From positions 64,001-128,000 of the IMG/VR virus record IMGVR_UViG_3300025809_002164: a DNA stretch of 64,000 nucleotides; one strand, 5' to 3'. The translations under genes and the position numbers were made by a program. The notes beneath the pieces were generated by a model, which was not told the origin of the DNA, searched no databases, and saw only the letters and a list, made by a program, of their open reading frames with translations. Source of the DNA: a virus. Shown here piece after piece: positions 9,769-19,292 of this stretch. Each line of letters starts with the position of its first letter. Position 1 is the stretch's first letter.

Positions 9769-10563
9769 TTATCTCATTGATGGAAGCATTTTACTATTAT
9801 TGTTGTGGTTATGGTGCGCTGGAGAACCCCATTTATTATTAAAGAAGGAATGAGCCATAGCCTCTTTTTTTGAACTTTCTGAATTTTGTTCAGAATTACT
9901 TCTAGTGGCGGCTCCGGCGAAATGATAAAAGTTACAGTTGTATGTCCTTTGCATTTTGAGCCCCCAGTATTCACACTTTAGAAAAAAGTCCCAGTCAACC
10001 ACGTGTGGGGAAGGGTAGAGTTCGTCCCACCCGCCTAGAGCTAAAAAGTCATGTTTATTCATCGCAAAAGGAAGTGTGGAACCTTCATCTGTGATTTTAT
10101 TTTCCCTTAGAAGTACTTCCTGCTCTTGAAACTCACCAATGTTGAATATTGCTGGGTCGCGTCCAAAATCTTTAATGATAAACTGAGGAAATATTGAGGG
10201 TTGGGGCTCAATTTGGTTCAAGCTTAAGACTGATTTTGGTTGCAGTTCTTGACTTATGACTGTATCCCAGTTTGACGGAAATATATTATCATCATTAACC
10301 ACCAATATGGTTTCGTGAGTTGAGTTATAAACTCCTAGGTTGGTGGCGACTGAAAGCCCTTGGTTCTTTTGTAAATTGAGTACTTTAAAATTATTTTCAA
10401 GCTCTTGATACTTATTAATTACTGATTTATTTAAGTCAAAAAAACCATCAGCCACAACTATGACTTCAAAGTTGTTTCTCGATGATGGATTTAAGTACAG
10501 GGACTTTATGCAAGCGTCTAAATGCCCTGGCTCTTGGTATGTTGGTATAATTACTGATATCAT
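9769..10563 (-). CDS. glycosyltransferase family 2
   Basis: ISVIIPTY, EVIVVADG, NQGLS.A.N.G, VNDDNI, GGWDE, DWDF. Confidence 0.9.
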   Translation of the reverse strand: MISVIIPTYQEPGHLDACIKSLYLNPSSRNNFEVIVVADGFFDLNKSVINKYQELENNFKVLNLQKNQGLSVATNLGVYNSTHETILVVNDDNIFPSNWDTVISQELQPKSVLSLNQIEPQPSIFPQFIIKDFGRDPAIFNIGEFQEQEVLLRENKITDEGSTLPFAMNKHDFLALGGWDELYPSPHVVDWDFFLKCEYWGLKMQRTYNCNFYHFAGAATRSNSEQNSESSKKEAMAHSFFNNKWGSPAHHNHNNNSKMLPSMR

Positions 10564-11264
10564 ATTTTATTCCAATTTGTTAAAGGAGATAACCATTTGG
10601 TTTCTCCATGGGTTGAGTAACCTGGTAAGGGTGTAATTAATAACTCCTTATTATTGCCTAATTCTAGAAACATTTGAAAATCATTTGGGTGGGTTCCTGA
10701 TGTGTGTTTTCTTAAGATGGATTCACATCGTTTTAAGGTAGATACCTTAGCGGCAAAAGTCATGGTTGTACTATTAGTTATCTTCCAGTGGCAACTATTG
10801 GTTAGGTATACCTTGGTAGTTTCAGCCCCCCCATCGCAATATGGGTTGCCGCCTTGTGAGGGCTCTAAATATTTATCAGGATGATCATACAAAGAAACAA
10901 ATGATGCCCCTAGGGCAAACCCTTCTTCTAGGGCTTTTTGGGATTGAAATTTGTGTAGGTAGTCGTTTTCAATAAAATAAATAATTTCATCATCAGGAGA
11001 TGTAAGAGCTTCGTCTAAAGCTAAATTGAATGTTCCTGCCCCATGCCCTATAGACACTTCTTTTAGGAAGAAGGGAAGTACTTTAGCACCTTCCACTTCG
11101 TGTTTTACCATATCAAGAGTTTTAGTAGAACAATTATCTGCTATTATTGACCATTCTGTATTAGTGAATTCTTTGAGAGCATTTTTTAAACATTCTCCAT
11201 TATTAATATAGTCAGGTTTTACTTTCTTGTATCCAGCATCTGATATTCTATATATTATTTTCAT
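10560..11264 (-). CDS. GT-A fold glycosyltransferase-like protein
   Basis: IIADNCS, IYFIENDYLH, SLYDHPD, STTMTFA, PGYSTH. Confidence 0.65.
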   Translation of the reverse strand: MKIIYRISDAGYKKVKPDYINNGECLKNALKEFTNTEWSIIADNCSTKTLDMVKHEVEGAKVLPFFLKEVSIGHGAGTFNLALDEALTSPDDEIIYFIENDYLHKFQSQKALEEGFALGASFVSLYDHPDKYLEPSQGGNPYCDGGAETTKVYLTNSCHWKITNSTTMTFAAKVSTLKRCESILRKHTSGTHPNDFQMFLELGNNKELLITPLPGYSTHGETKWLSPLTNWNKI

Positions 11265-11848
11265 ACTCGCTCAATTATAGTGAAACCATTATTATTAGTA
11301 AATCTTTCTTTTAACTTCCAAGCATCCTTATTTTCATCTAAAAATTCAGTAACAGCATCCCATAGACCTTTATCCCAAACTAATTCATCTCCAAACCCAT
11401 TCTCTGATGTTGTAGGTTCACTGTGATGTTCATAGGAAGTGGTATCATGAAAACATATATATTTTTTTGCTTTGGGTGAGTGTTTTTCTAATTCAGCTTT
11501 TAATTGATTATAATGATGCCAGGTATCAATAAATAATAAATCAGTTTCTTCAATATCAATTTCAAGTACATTAGCTTCTACAAATTCAAAATTAAGTCCA
11601 TAAGCTTTAGCTGTTTCTTCTACTTCTTTTATATTTCCTCCCCATCTGGATGGGTTGTATAGATCGTAAGAAATAAGTTTAGTTTTTGGAGCTGATGCTA
11701 GCCATCCCCAAGTTGATAAAACACTTCTTACCCCCATTTCTGTAATATGATCACATTCTTGACCATACTTTAATATTGTTGGTATATGTTCATTTATATC
11801 AGAAGGGGTTTGATATAATTTATTTATTTTTTCTTCTAAGTCTATCAT
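11261..11848 (-). CDS. class I SAM-dependent methyltransferase (Methyltransf_24-like)
   Basis: EMGVR, SYD, TDLLFIDTWH, ICFHDT, NNNGFT. Confidence 0.8.
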   Translation of the reverse strand: MIDLEEKINKLYQTPSDINEHIPTILKYGQECDHITEMGVRSVLSTWGWLASAPKTKLISYDLYNPSRWGGNIKEVEETAKAYGLNFEFVEANVLEIDIEETDLLFIDTWHHYNQLKAELEKHSPKAKKYICFHDTTSYEHHSEPTTSENGFGDELVWDKGLWDAVTEFLDENKDAWKLKERFTNNNGFTIIERV

Positions 11849-12597
11849 AACATTTTATTTATTGATTTTTGCATTTTATTTTCATGGTTTCCTAATTTAT
11901 TTCTTCCTTGCTCTCCATTAATGTAAATATTGGGAAGATGATGTATTAAGTTATCTTTAAATTCACTTATACAAATCATTTTTTTCATTCCACAAAATTG
12001 ATATATGTCTGTATTAACTTTACATTTGACACTATATCCTGATTGTCCAAAAAACTGAGTAAAGTTATATTGTTCACATATTTTATGTAGTTGTTCTTTT
12101 GTAATAATAAAAGTTGCTTGGTGTAGGTTAGTAAAATGTGCGAATTTTTTACCCTCATATTCTTCTACACTATTATAATTCCAATCATAATGAGCGTGAT
12201 AAGCAGGGTAATATTTTCCTATTTCATTTTCTTCATATTGAATTAACCCAGCTATTCTATTCTTAGGTAAAATATTAGTATACTCTAGATATTTGTCAAT
12301 ATGATGTTCTTTAAATAGATGATCATTTTCACCAAATAAAAATACATCAAAATCATCTTTATGGTCCCATATAACTTGTTTACAAGTTAATGGTAATAAC
12401 TGATAATTATCCAATTCAATAACATTAACATGATCTATACCCAGTATATCAAGTTTTATATTACTATTTACAACAATAAAAACTTCATATTTTTGAAACG
12501 ATTTTAACTCACTAACTACTTGTTGGAGATATTGAAGTTGATCCTCTCCATAATTTACTAATACTGCTAATATATTTTGTTTTTCTTTACTTTCCAT
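11845..12597 (-). CDS. putative glycosyltransferase-like protein
   Basis: DVFLFGENDHL (ExD-type motif), IHHLPN; glycan cluster context. Confidence 0.5.
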   Translation of the reverse strand: MESKEKQNILAVLVNYGEDQLQYLQQVVSELKSFQKYEVFIVVNSNIKLDILGIDHVNVIELDNYQLLPLTCKQVIWDHKDDFDVFLFGENDHLFKEHHIDKYLEYTNILPKNRIAGLIQYEENEIGKYYPAYHAHYDWNYNSVEEYEGKKFAHFTNLHQATFIITKEQLHKICEQYNFTQFFGQSGYSVKCKVNTDIYQFCGMKKMICISEFKDNLIHHLPNIYINGEQGRNKLGNHENKMQKSINKML

Positions 12598-13597
12598 ATT
12601 GTATGTTAGACTTTTTATATATTTCTTCTATCAAAATAATGACATTATTTGTCTCTTCCAAGCTAAAATTATTTAAATTTCGATAAACTTCAGGATGGTT
12701 AGGACATGATCCTTGATATGAGCCATATGAATTAGGTTTATTTATCTTAGAATATTTTTTAGATATTTTATTATATTCATTTTTAAATCCTTGACTTAAA
12801 AAATTAGCTGATTCTATAATATTAAGAGCTTTCCCTCCAATTTTAATATAACCATTAGAACCCATTAAAGTTATAGAACTTTCTATGTTGTGGGGTTCTG
12901 ATGCTATTGTGGATTCAATAGTACCCCCAAATTTACCATAATCAACTAGAGAATAAACTGTATCTTCAATTATAGCATCCTTATGTTTAGTAGTATAGGT
13001 TTTTGTTGATAATACTTCTTTAGGATTTCCAATTAAATATTGTAAGACATCTAAATAGTGGATTGCAGTTTCGTATAATATACCACCTCCTACATCCGGT
13101 TGTCCTCTCCATCCTGAAAAGTATTCTAAAGGTCTTTGCCATCTTTGTGTAAATGAAAATCCTCTAATTTCTCCTAATAATTTCTCTTTTAAAACTTCTT
13201 TCACTAAACTAACTGTTGGGTTTAATCTAACTTGTAAAACACAATATACTTTTTGTTTATTTTTATCAGCACAATCTTGAATTAACTTTATATCTTGAAT
13301 ATTAAATGATACTGGTTTTTCTATTAAAACATCACAATCTTTCTCTAATGAAAAAATAGCTTGCTCCTTATGTAATGAATTTGGGGTTGCTATTACAATA
13401 AAATTTAAATCCTCAACAGCTATCATATCCTTATAATCCGTATAAGAAGGTACTTTATATCTCTTTCCTAAGCTTTTTATTAATGATGGTTGAATATCAC
13501 ATACTGAAGATAATTCAAAATCTGAGTTAGCCTCTATTGCTTCTATATGTCTAGGGAATATCCCACCACACCCTATTATTCCTACTTTATGTTTCAT
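12587..13597 (-). CDS. Gfo/Idh/MocA oxidoreductase, WbpB/WlbA-like UDP-sugar 3-dehydrogenase
   Basis: GIIGCGGI, IATPNSLH, VLIEKP, R.N, WQRP..YF..WRG, GGG....AIHYLD. Start moved to 13597 because of the ATGA overlap with the upstream stop. Confidence 0.85.
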   Translation of the reverse strand: MKHKVGIIGCGGIFPRHIEAIEANSDFELSSVCDIQPSLIKSLGKRYKVPSYTDYKDMIAVEDLNFIVIATPNSLHKEQAIFSLEKDCDVLIEKPVSFNIQDIKLIQDCADKNKQKVYCVLQVRLNPTVSLVKEVLKEKLLGEIRGFSFTQRWQRPLEYFSGWRGQPDVGGGILYETAIHYLDVLQYLIGNPKEVLSTKTYTTKHKDAIIEDTVYSLVDYGKFGGTIESTIASEPHNIESSITLMGSNGYIKIGGKALNIIESANFLSQGFKNEYNKISKKYSKINKPNSYGSYQGSCPNHPEVYRNLNNFSLEETNNVIILIEEIYKKSNIQYGK

Positions 13598-14571
13598 TTT
13601 AATTTGTTTTGATACCAACTAATAGTTTCTCCTAAACCATATGTAAAGTCAGTAAGTTGATAATTAATTAGTGATTTTATTTTTTTATTACTGGCTATAT
13701 GACATTCTACATCTGCTTTTCTAGTCGGTTTATAAACTATATCCTTTACATTATAATCCATCCCTCTCATAATATTACAGATATCTTCTATAACTTCTTT
13801 AATAGTAATTTGACCATCTGTAGATATATTTACTGATTCCTTTGGTTTTAATTTATTATAAACCTTTATAATAGCATCTACAGTATCATGTACATAAATA
13901 AAATCTCTACTTTGTAATCCATCTCCCCAAATTTCTGGGGGTTTATTATTAATTAGGTTAAACATAGTAACAGGAATTACAGCAGCTAAAGGTGGTTTTG
14001 CATTTTGTCTAGGACCATAATTATTAAATGGTCTAACTATAAAGGCATCCAAATCAAAACTATCTACCCAAGATTCTAATGCTTTATCTGCACCTACCTT
14101 CCCAGCAGCATATGTTGTTTTTGGATTTAAGGGATGGTTTTCATCCATAGGCTCATAAACAGCACTACCAAATACTTCTGATGTGGAGAAATGTACTAAT
14201 GTTTTAAATTTATTTTTACGTTGAAGTTCTAATAAATTAACTATAATATTAGTGTTACAATGAAAACCATTTGCCGGGTTTAAAAAAGTATAATTAATTG
14301 GTTTTGTAGCACAATTAAAAACTATATCAATGTTATGCTTATTAAATATATATTCTAAAGAAGTATATATCTCACAATCATCTTTATAAAGAATAACTCC
14401 CTGTTTAAAAGCATCTTTTAAATTATCTTCATTCCCAAGAAACATATTATCTATAACAATTACTTGTTTAGCTCCTTCTAATAATAGTCTATCGACTAAA
14501 TGGCTTCCTATAAATCCAGCTCCACCAGTAACTAGAATTGTACTATTTTTAATTTTTGGTCTATTTCCCAT
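13594..14571 (-). CDS. NAD-dependent nucleotide-sugar epimerase/dehydratase (extended SDR)
   Basis: TGGAGFIGSHL, STSEVFG, YAAGK (YxxxK), RPFNNYGPRQ, GDG.QSRDF. Confidence 0.9.
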   Translation of the reverse strand: MGNRPKIKNSTILVTGGAGFIGSHLVDRLLLEGAKQVIVIDNMFLGNEDNLKDAFKQGVILYKDDCEIYTSLEYIFNKHNIDIVFNCATKPINYTFLNPANGFHCNTNIIVNLLELQRKNKFKTLVHFSTSEVFGSAVYEPMDENHPLNPKTTYAAGKVGADKALESWVDSFDLDAFIVRPFNNYGPRQNAKPPLAAVIPVTMFNLINNKPPEIWGDGLQSRDFIYVHDTVDAIIKVYNKLKPKESVNISTDGQITIKEVIEDICNIMRGMDYNVKDIVYKPTRKADVECHIASNKKIKSLINYQLTDFTYGLGETISWYQNKLK

Positions 14572-15253
14572 TTTTATTTTTATATTCTATAAATTTTTGG
14601 TGTAATGTTTTTTCTATGTCTTCAGGAACAGATTTATAGTAAGTACCTTCCCCTAAAATTTGAGTAGGTATATTTTCTTTAAGTGATGTTATAGAGTCTA
14701 CCATTAGTTTTTGTTCTAGATTTTGAATTCTAATGTTTAAGTCAATTAAGGTATCATCTTTATAGACTTTAATTGTGGATTTCGTAATAACTTTCCCCCT
14801 ATCAATTGATTTATCGATTAAATGTGTTGTTACTCCTTGAGATATATTATCTAAAACCGCCCATTTAATGTTATCTAAACCTCTATTTTCAGGTAATAAT
14901 CCGGGATGCATATTAAGTACCCCTATATTAAAACTTTCAAAGGCAATAGGTTTTAATATTCTAGCTCCTAATATCACACCTAAATCTAAATTATACTCTT
15001 TTACTAATTTTTGGGTTTCTTCAGAATTATGGACAACTACTTTATAATCAATTCCATGCTGTTCTGCTATTATTTTAGGATGGGATAAATATAGATCTTT
15101 AGGTGTTATTCTTATTTTTGATTTATAAAAATTTAATTCAACTGGATTAGCCGCAAGTATTACTTTAGGTTTATTACCTGATATTATTAAATTATTTATT
15201 CCTTCTTGGGTTTTCCAATGTGAAAAATTATAAGCAAAAACTCCTATATTCAT
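14561..15253 (-). CDS. formyltransferase (sugar N-formyltransferase-like)
   Basis: LNMHPGLLPENRG, GVTTH.ID..ID.G motifs of the N10-formyl-THF transferase fold. Confidence 0.85.
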   Translation of the reverse strand: MNIGVFAYNFSHWKTQEGINNLIISGNKPKVILAANPVELNFYKSKIRITPKDLYLSHPKIIAEQHGIDYKVVVHNSEETQKLVKEYNLDLGVILGARILKPIAFESFNIGVLNMHPGLLPENRGLDNIKWAVLDNISQGVTTHLIDKSIDRGKVITKSTIKVYKDDTLIDLNIRIQNLEQKLMVDSITSLKENIPTQILGEGTYYKSVPEDIEKTLHQKFIEYKNKNGK

Positions 15254-15777
15254 TATTTTTTTATTTTATTATAATATTTTTGACCTTTTTTAATATTTTT
15301 ATTAACAAAAGTTAAAGCTCCAATTACGGATTGATCTTCAATATTACATCCCATTTGAACTACACTATGAGGTCCTATATAAACACCATTACCTATTTTA
15401 GTTGAATTGTGTTCTATTTCTTCTTTACCTAAAGAAGTTGACCATTTAACAGTATGATGAGAGTAAATATGAACTCCTGCAGATATAGAACAATAATCTC
15501 CTATTTCTAATCCACCACTTCCATCTAGTACTACATTAGGTCCAATCCAACAATTTTTACCTACTTTAACATCTCCCAAAATTAAAACATTATCATAAAC
15601 TGATGTACCTTCCCCAAATCCTTCTTTTTTCCCTCTTTCCCACCTATCATTTAAGTAATCTCCTAAAGAAAGACTCCTATTATACTTGAATTTTTTGTTT
15701 AAGTATAAACTGTTATAAAATTTTTTATATATTTTTAAGAATAAATTTTTCAATTTTTTTAAATATTTTTTTAACAT
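15253..15777 (-). CDS. hexapeptide-repeat (LbH) acyltransferase
   Basis: VKVGKNCWIG, LEIGDYCSISAGV, TKIGNGVYIG repeats. Confidence 0.9.
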   Translation of the reverse strand: MLKKYLKKLKNLFLKIYKKFYNSLYLNKKFKYNRSLSLGDYLNDRWERGKKEGFGEGTSVYDNVLILGDVKVGKNCWIGPNVVLDGSGGLEIGDYCSISAGVHIYSHHTVKWSTSLGKEEIEHNSTKIGNGVYIGPHSVVQMGCNIEDQSVIGALTFVNKNIKKGQKYYNKIKK

Positions 15778-16816
15778 TTACTCCTTGATAACATGGTAAT
15801 GTTATCGTATTTTCTTCTAAAAACTTAGCATTAGGTTGAACCTTATTATATTTAGTTTTATAATATGTTGTGTTACTTAAACAATAAGTCCCTAATGTTG
15901 ATTCTATCCCACAAGATTTTAAAAATAAAATTAATTCATCTCTTTTTATATCTTTAGGGACCTGGAAAATTACAGATTGAATATTATGAAAAGCCCCAGA
16001 GCTTAAAGTTTGAGGTGTAAAACCTAAAGGTGTTAATAAATTAATATATTTGTTTTTTATTTTATTTCTAGAAAATATAACTGAATTAAGTTTTTTTAAA
16101 CTTTCAATTCCCATTACAGCTTGGAATTCAGTCATTCTATAATTGTATCCAGGTTGAATAAAGTCTAATTTATTATTATTGTAAATAGCTCCATGATTTA
16201 ATTTTACCTTAAGTAAATCGGCATATGCTTTATTATTTGTAGTAATTGCACCTCCTTCTCCGGTTGTTAATAATTTTCTTGGATGAAAACTAAAACAGGT
16301 TAAGTCTGCTATAGAACCATTTTTTTTATCAAATTCACTACTACCTAGGGCACATGCTGCATCTTCTATAAGAGGGAGATTATGATCTTGGCATATATTT
16401 TTTATTGAATGGATATTAGAAGGATTACCTAAAGCATCTACAAACATTACTGCTTTAGATTTTGGGGTAATTTTTGAAATTAAATCCTTAGCATCCATAT
16501 TATATGTTTCAAGATTAACATCAACAAATACAGGAACAGCACCCATATTTTCTATTACATTAGCACTTGCGGGGTATGAAAAATCAGAAACAAGAACTTC
16601 ATCACCTGATTGAATATTAATAATTTCTAAAGATAAACTTAAAGCAGTTGTAGCTGATGTTGTTAAAAAAGAATAATCACATTCTATATAATTTTTTAAA
16701 TCATTTTGGAATTGTTCTACATATTCCCCTTTAGTAAAGAACCCTGTTTTAAATATTTTTCTAAACTTCTTATTAATATTTCTATATTTTAAATATGGTT
16801 TTATTATTCTAATCAT
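15725..16816 (-). CDS. DegT/DnrJ/EryC1/StrS family sugar aminotransferase
   Basis: SATTAL, GDEV, IEDAACALG, FSFHPRKLLTTGEGG (PLP lysine), GYNYRM. Confidence 0.95.
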   Translation of the reverse strand: MIRIIKPYLKYRNINKKFRKIFKTGFFTKGEYVEQFQNDLKNYIECDYSFLTTSATTALSLSLEIINIQSGDEVLVSDFSYPASANVIENMGAVPVFVDVNLETYNMDAKDLISKITPKSKAVMFVDALGNPSNIHSIKNICQDHNLPLIEDAACALGSSEFDKKNGSIADLTCFSFHPRKLLTTGEGGAITTNNKAYADLLKVKLNHGAIYNNNKLDFIQPGYNYRMTEFQAVMGIESLKKLNSVIFSRNKIKNKYINLLTPLGFTPQTLSSGAFHNIQSVIFQVPKDIKRDELILFLKSCGIESTLGTYCLSNTTYYKTKYNKVQPNAKFLEENTITLPCYQGVNVKKIFKKIEKFILKNI

Positions 16817-16817
16817 C

Positions 16818-17831
16818 TTATATACTTTTAAAAAATTTAATTACTGATTCAACTGAATAACATTCTTCTAACCATTTACCTATACCTTCCATGTATCCTA
16901 TTAAATCCTCTTCTGTAATAGATTTTATAAAATGGTTTAAAGTATTTAATAATTCTTCTTCAGTAGTACCTAAGGGCACAACAGGACATTCATATTTACC
17001 TGTTAATTTAAACATTGAGTCTGTAATATTATTTGTTGTACTAAATGTAAAGTTTGAAGTAAATAAACTTTCTAGTGTAGATACTCCATAACCCCCACAA
17101 CCTTGAGGCCAAAATTGATCTATATAAAATACAGATTTTTGCTTTTCACTAATTACAGTAGAATGAGAGACATTAGTTAACACTTTATAGTTAAATTTGT
17201 TAGGATCCAAATGAAGATTATTAATAGTTTTATTAATTATATTGGTACCTTTAGTTTGGACTTTAGAAGGAATATGTAAAATAGTCCAAGGTTTATGATT
17301 TAATTTTTCTTTAAAGTTTAATATAAATTTATCATAATTAAAATCAATATACTGATATGCATGCATAGGGGTATCGTTTGATTCTTTATTGGATAATCTA
17401 TATAAATCTATCCCATAAAAGTGTTTATGTATCTTTTTCCTTTGAGGGTGGTTATTATAAAAATTAAAAGCTTCTCTATAACATGATCCGGGATGCCAAA
17501 CACAAAATTTTGCACTGATTTCAAGTAGATCAAATCCATAAATAGAACTAAATCTGTCAAGTGTGTTATATACTAGGTGTGGGTGTTGACCTTCCCAAGA
17601 CTCTTCAGCAAAAATTATAATATCACTTTCTAATAAAAACTTTTTCGATTCTTCTATTCTAACTTTATCACAAGTTTCTATATCATAGTCATGTTGAATA
17701 TTATAAGTAAATTGTTGTTTTTTTAAAGAAATAGATTTAGATTCTATATCTTTACTATGTTTGTTAAGGGAATAAGAGTACTCTGTTAGCACATTTCCAA
17801 AATCCCAAGTTGATAGAAAACTTATTTTCAT
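16818..17831 (-). CDS. putative GT-B glycosyltransferase-like protein
   Basis: ILHIPS....KGT..I, YIDQF...GYGVSTLES resemble the GT4 C-terminal domain. Confidence 0.55.
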   Translation of the reverse strand: MKISFLSTWDFGNVLTEYSYSLNKHSKDIESKSISLKKQQFTYNIQHDYDIETCDKVRIEESKKFLLESDIIIFAEESWEGQHPHLVYNTLDRFSSIYGFDLLEISAKFCVWHPGSCYREAFNFYNNHPQRKKIHKHFYGIDLYRLSNKESNDTPMHAYQYIDFNYDKFILNFKEKLNHKPWTILHIPSKVQTKGTNIINKTINNLHLDPNKFNYKVLTNVSHSTVISEKQKSVFYIDQFWPQGCGGYGVSTLESLFTSNFTFSTTNNITDSMFKLTGKYECPVVPLGTTEEELLNTLNHFIKSITEEDLIGYMEGIGKWLEECYSVESVIKFFKSI

Positions 17832-17853
17832 AATGTATTTTTTTCTATTATTT

Positions 17854-18672
17854 CTATTGGCAATTGTCGTGATCGTTCCTCATGGTATTTCTTTCTTCTA
17901 TGCAAGCTTTTAAAACTAAACTAGGTGAGTCGTGTTTTTGCATGAACTCATTCAATGCATTGGTGTCTTTGGGGAAGCAGAGCCCCCCGTAGCTAATTTC
18001 CCCATCTGGCCCCGGTACATTTGTGTGCATTGGGTTTATCCAATAGTTTCTAATTAATATCTGCCTAGCTATATTGTAGTCGCATCCAGTTTTTTGACAA
18101 AGAAGATACATTTCTGTAAAAAATTGTACTTTAATTGAATAAAAGCTATTGGCGAACAGTTTTGCTGACTCAGATTCCGTACTCTTACATTTAGTAATTC
18201 TAGCCCAAGGGTAGTTGATGGAGTGAAAATCAACGACTAGATTGTAGTGTTCACTTGAGCATAGCTTGGTCCTTCCTAAAACGATATGTTTTTGATTATG
18301 GTAATCTTCTTTGGCGGTTCTGGCTGTTAGAAATTCTGGGTTATGAATTATATTTAAATTTGTATAGACCTCGGCAAACTCTTTACAAGATCCTGGTTCC
18401 AAGGTGCTTTTGCATATAACACTACCTTTAAATTTTTTTTTATTTAAGTAATCTAGATTTTCCAAAATAGATTCTTTATTATAAGCTTGTAGTTTATTGT
18501 CGTAGGGTGTGGGTAGGCAAAGAAAAATTAATTCAGACACTAAAAGTTCTTCTAGGGTGCTGGCGCATTTTTTAAATTTATCATAAGATAGGACCTTTAT
18601 TTTTTTCTTCTTAAAGCTTTCTGTCATTGCCCTTCCGACGAATCCAGTTCCAATTACACCAACTGTAGTCAT
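17854..18672 (-). CDS. UDP-glucose/GDP-mannose dehydrogenase family protein (short form lacking the C-terminal domain)
   Basis: GTGFVG, CLPTP, KST..PG, NPEFL, K...N, YGGLCFPKD. Confidence 0.9.
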   Translation of the reverse strand: MTTVGVIGTGFVGRAMTESFKKKKIKVLSYDKFKKCASTLEELLVSELIFLCLPTPYDNKLQAYNKESILENLDYLNKKKFKGSVICKSTLEPGSCKEFAEVYTNLNIIHNPEFLTARTAKEDYHNQKHIVLGRTKLCSSEHYNLVVDFHSINYPWARITKCKSTESESAKLFANSFYSIKVQFFTEMYLLCQKTGCDYNIARQILIRNYWINPMHTNVPGPDGEISYGGLCFPKDTNALNEFMQKHDSPSLVLKACIEERNTMRNDHDNCQ

Positions 18673-19289
18673 TGTATCTTTTCGTAAAATTTATTCTGTC
18701 TTTCCTGGCGATCAATACTCTTAATGTGTGTTAATGCATATTCTATTGTTTCGGGTAGCTTCACTCCGGTTTTGGCTCCAGTAATAATTTCGTGAACTTT
18801 GTTTTCCCATTTAATATTGAAATTATTCTTGAAAATTCTGTATTGATAATCAGGCCAGTTGACCCATTTATTCTCAGTGACCTTCCATTCCCATTTTTTA
18901 ATATGAGCTTCAGTTAATCCATTAACTACATTGATTCTTGGAACTAAAAATAGGTCAACATCTAGGTTCGACTCCAGTATCTTGTGCAAATTAATTACCG
19001 TTTCATCTGCAGGTATTTCGTCGGCATCGATTTGGAATATATAATCTCCTTTGCATAATTTTTTTAGATTATTTTTAAATGCTGCAAAATTACCATTGAG
19101 CTTAAATGTGTTTTTTTTAAGTTTGAATTTTCTTAAAACGCTGGAAACTTCTTTTGTGTGATTGTCTTTATCTAATTGAACTACGATTTCGTCATCTTCT
19201 CTTTTTGATGAGGTCAGCATTTTGAGTAAAGACTCTAGTTCTGTGTGTTCATTGCATGCGGTAATTGCGTAGCTTATTTTAAAGTTCAT
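18669..19289 (-). CDS. glycosyltransferase family 2
   Basis: ISYAITACNE, YIFQIDADE, PRIN, WPDYQ.RI, KVHE. Confidence 0.85.
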   Translation of the reverse strand: MNFKISYAITACNEHTELESLLKMLTSSKREDDEIVVQLDKDNHTKEVSSVLRKFKLKKNTFKLNGNFAAFKNNLKKLCKGDYIFQIDADEIPADETVINLHKILESNLDVDLFLVPRINVVNGLTEAHIKKWEWKVTENKWVNWPDYQYRIFKNNFNIKWENKVHEIITGAKTGVKLPETIEYALTHIKSIDRQERQNKFYEKIQ

Positions 19290-19292
19290 TAT

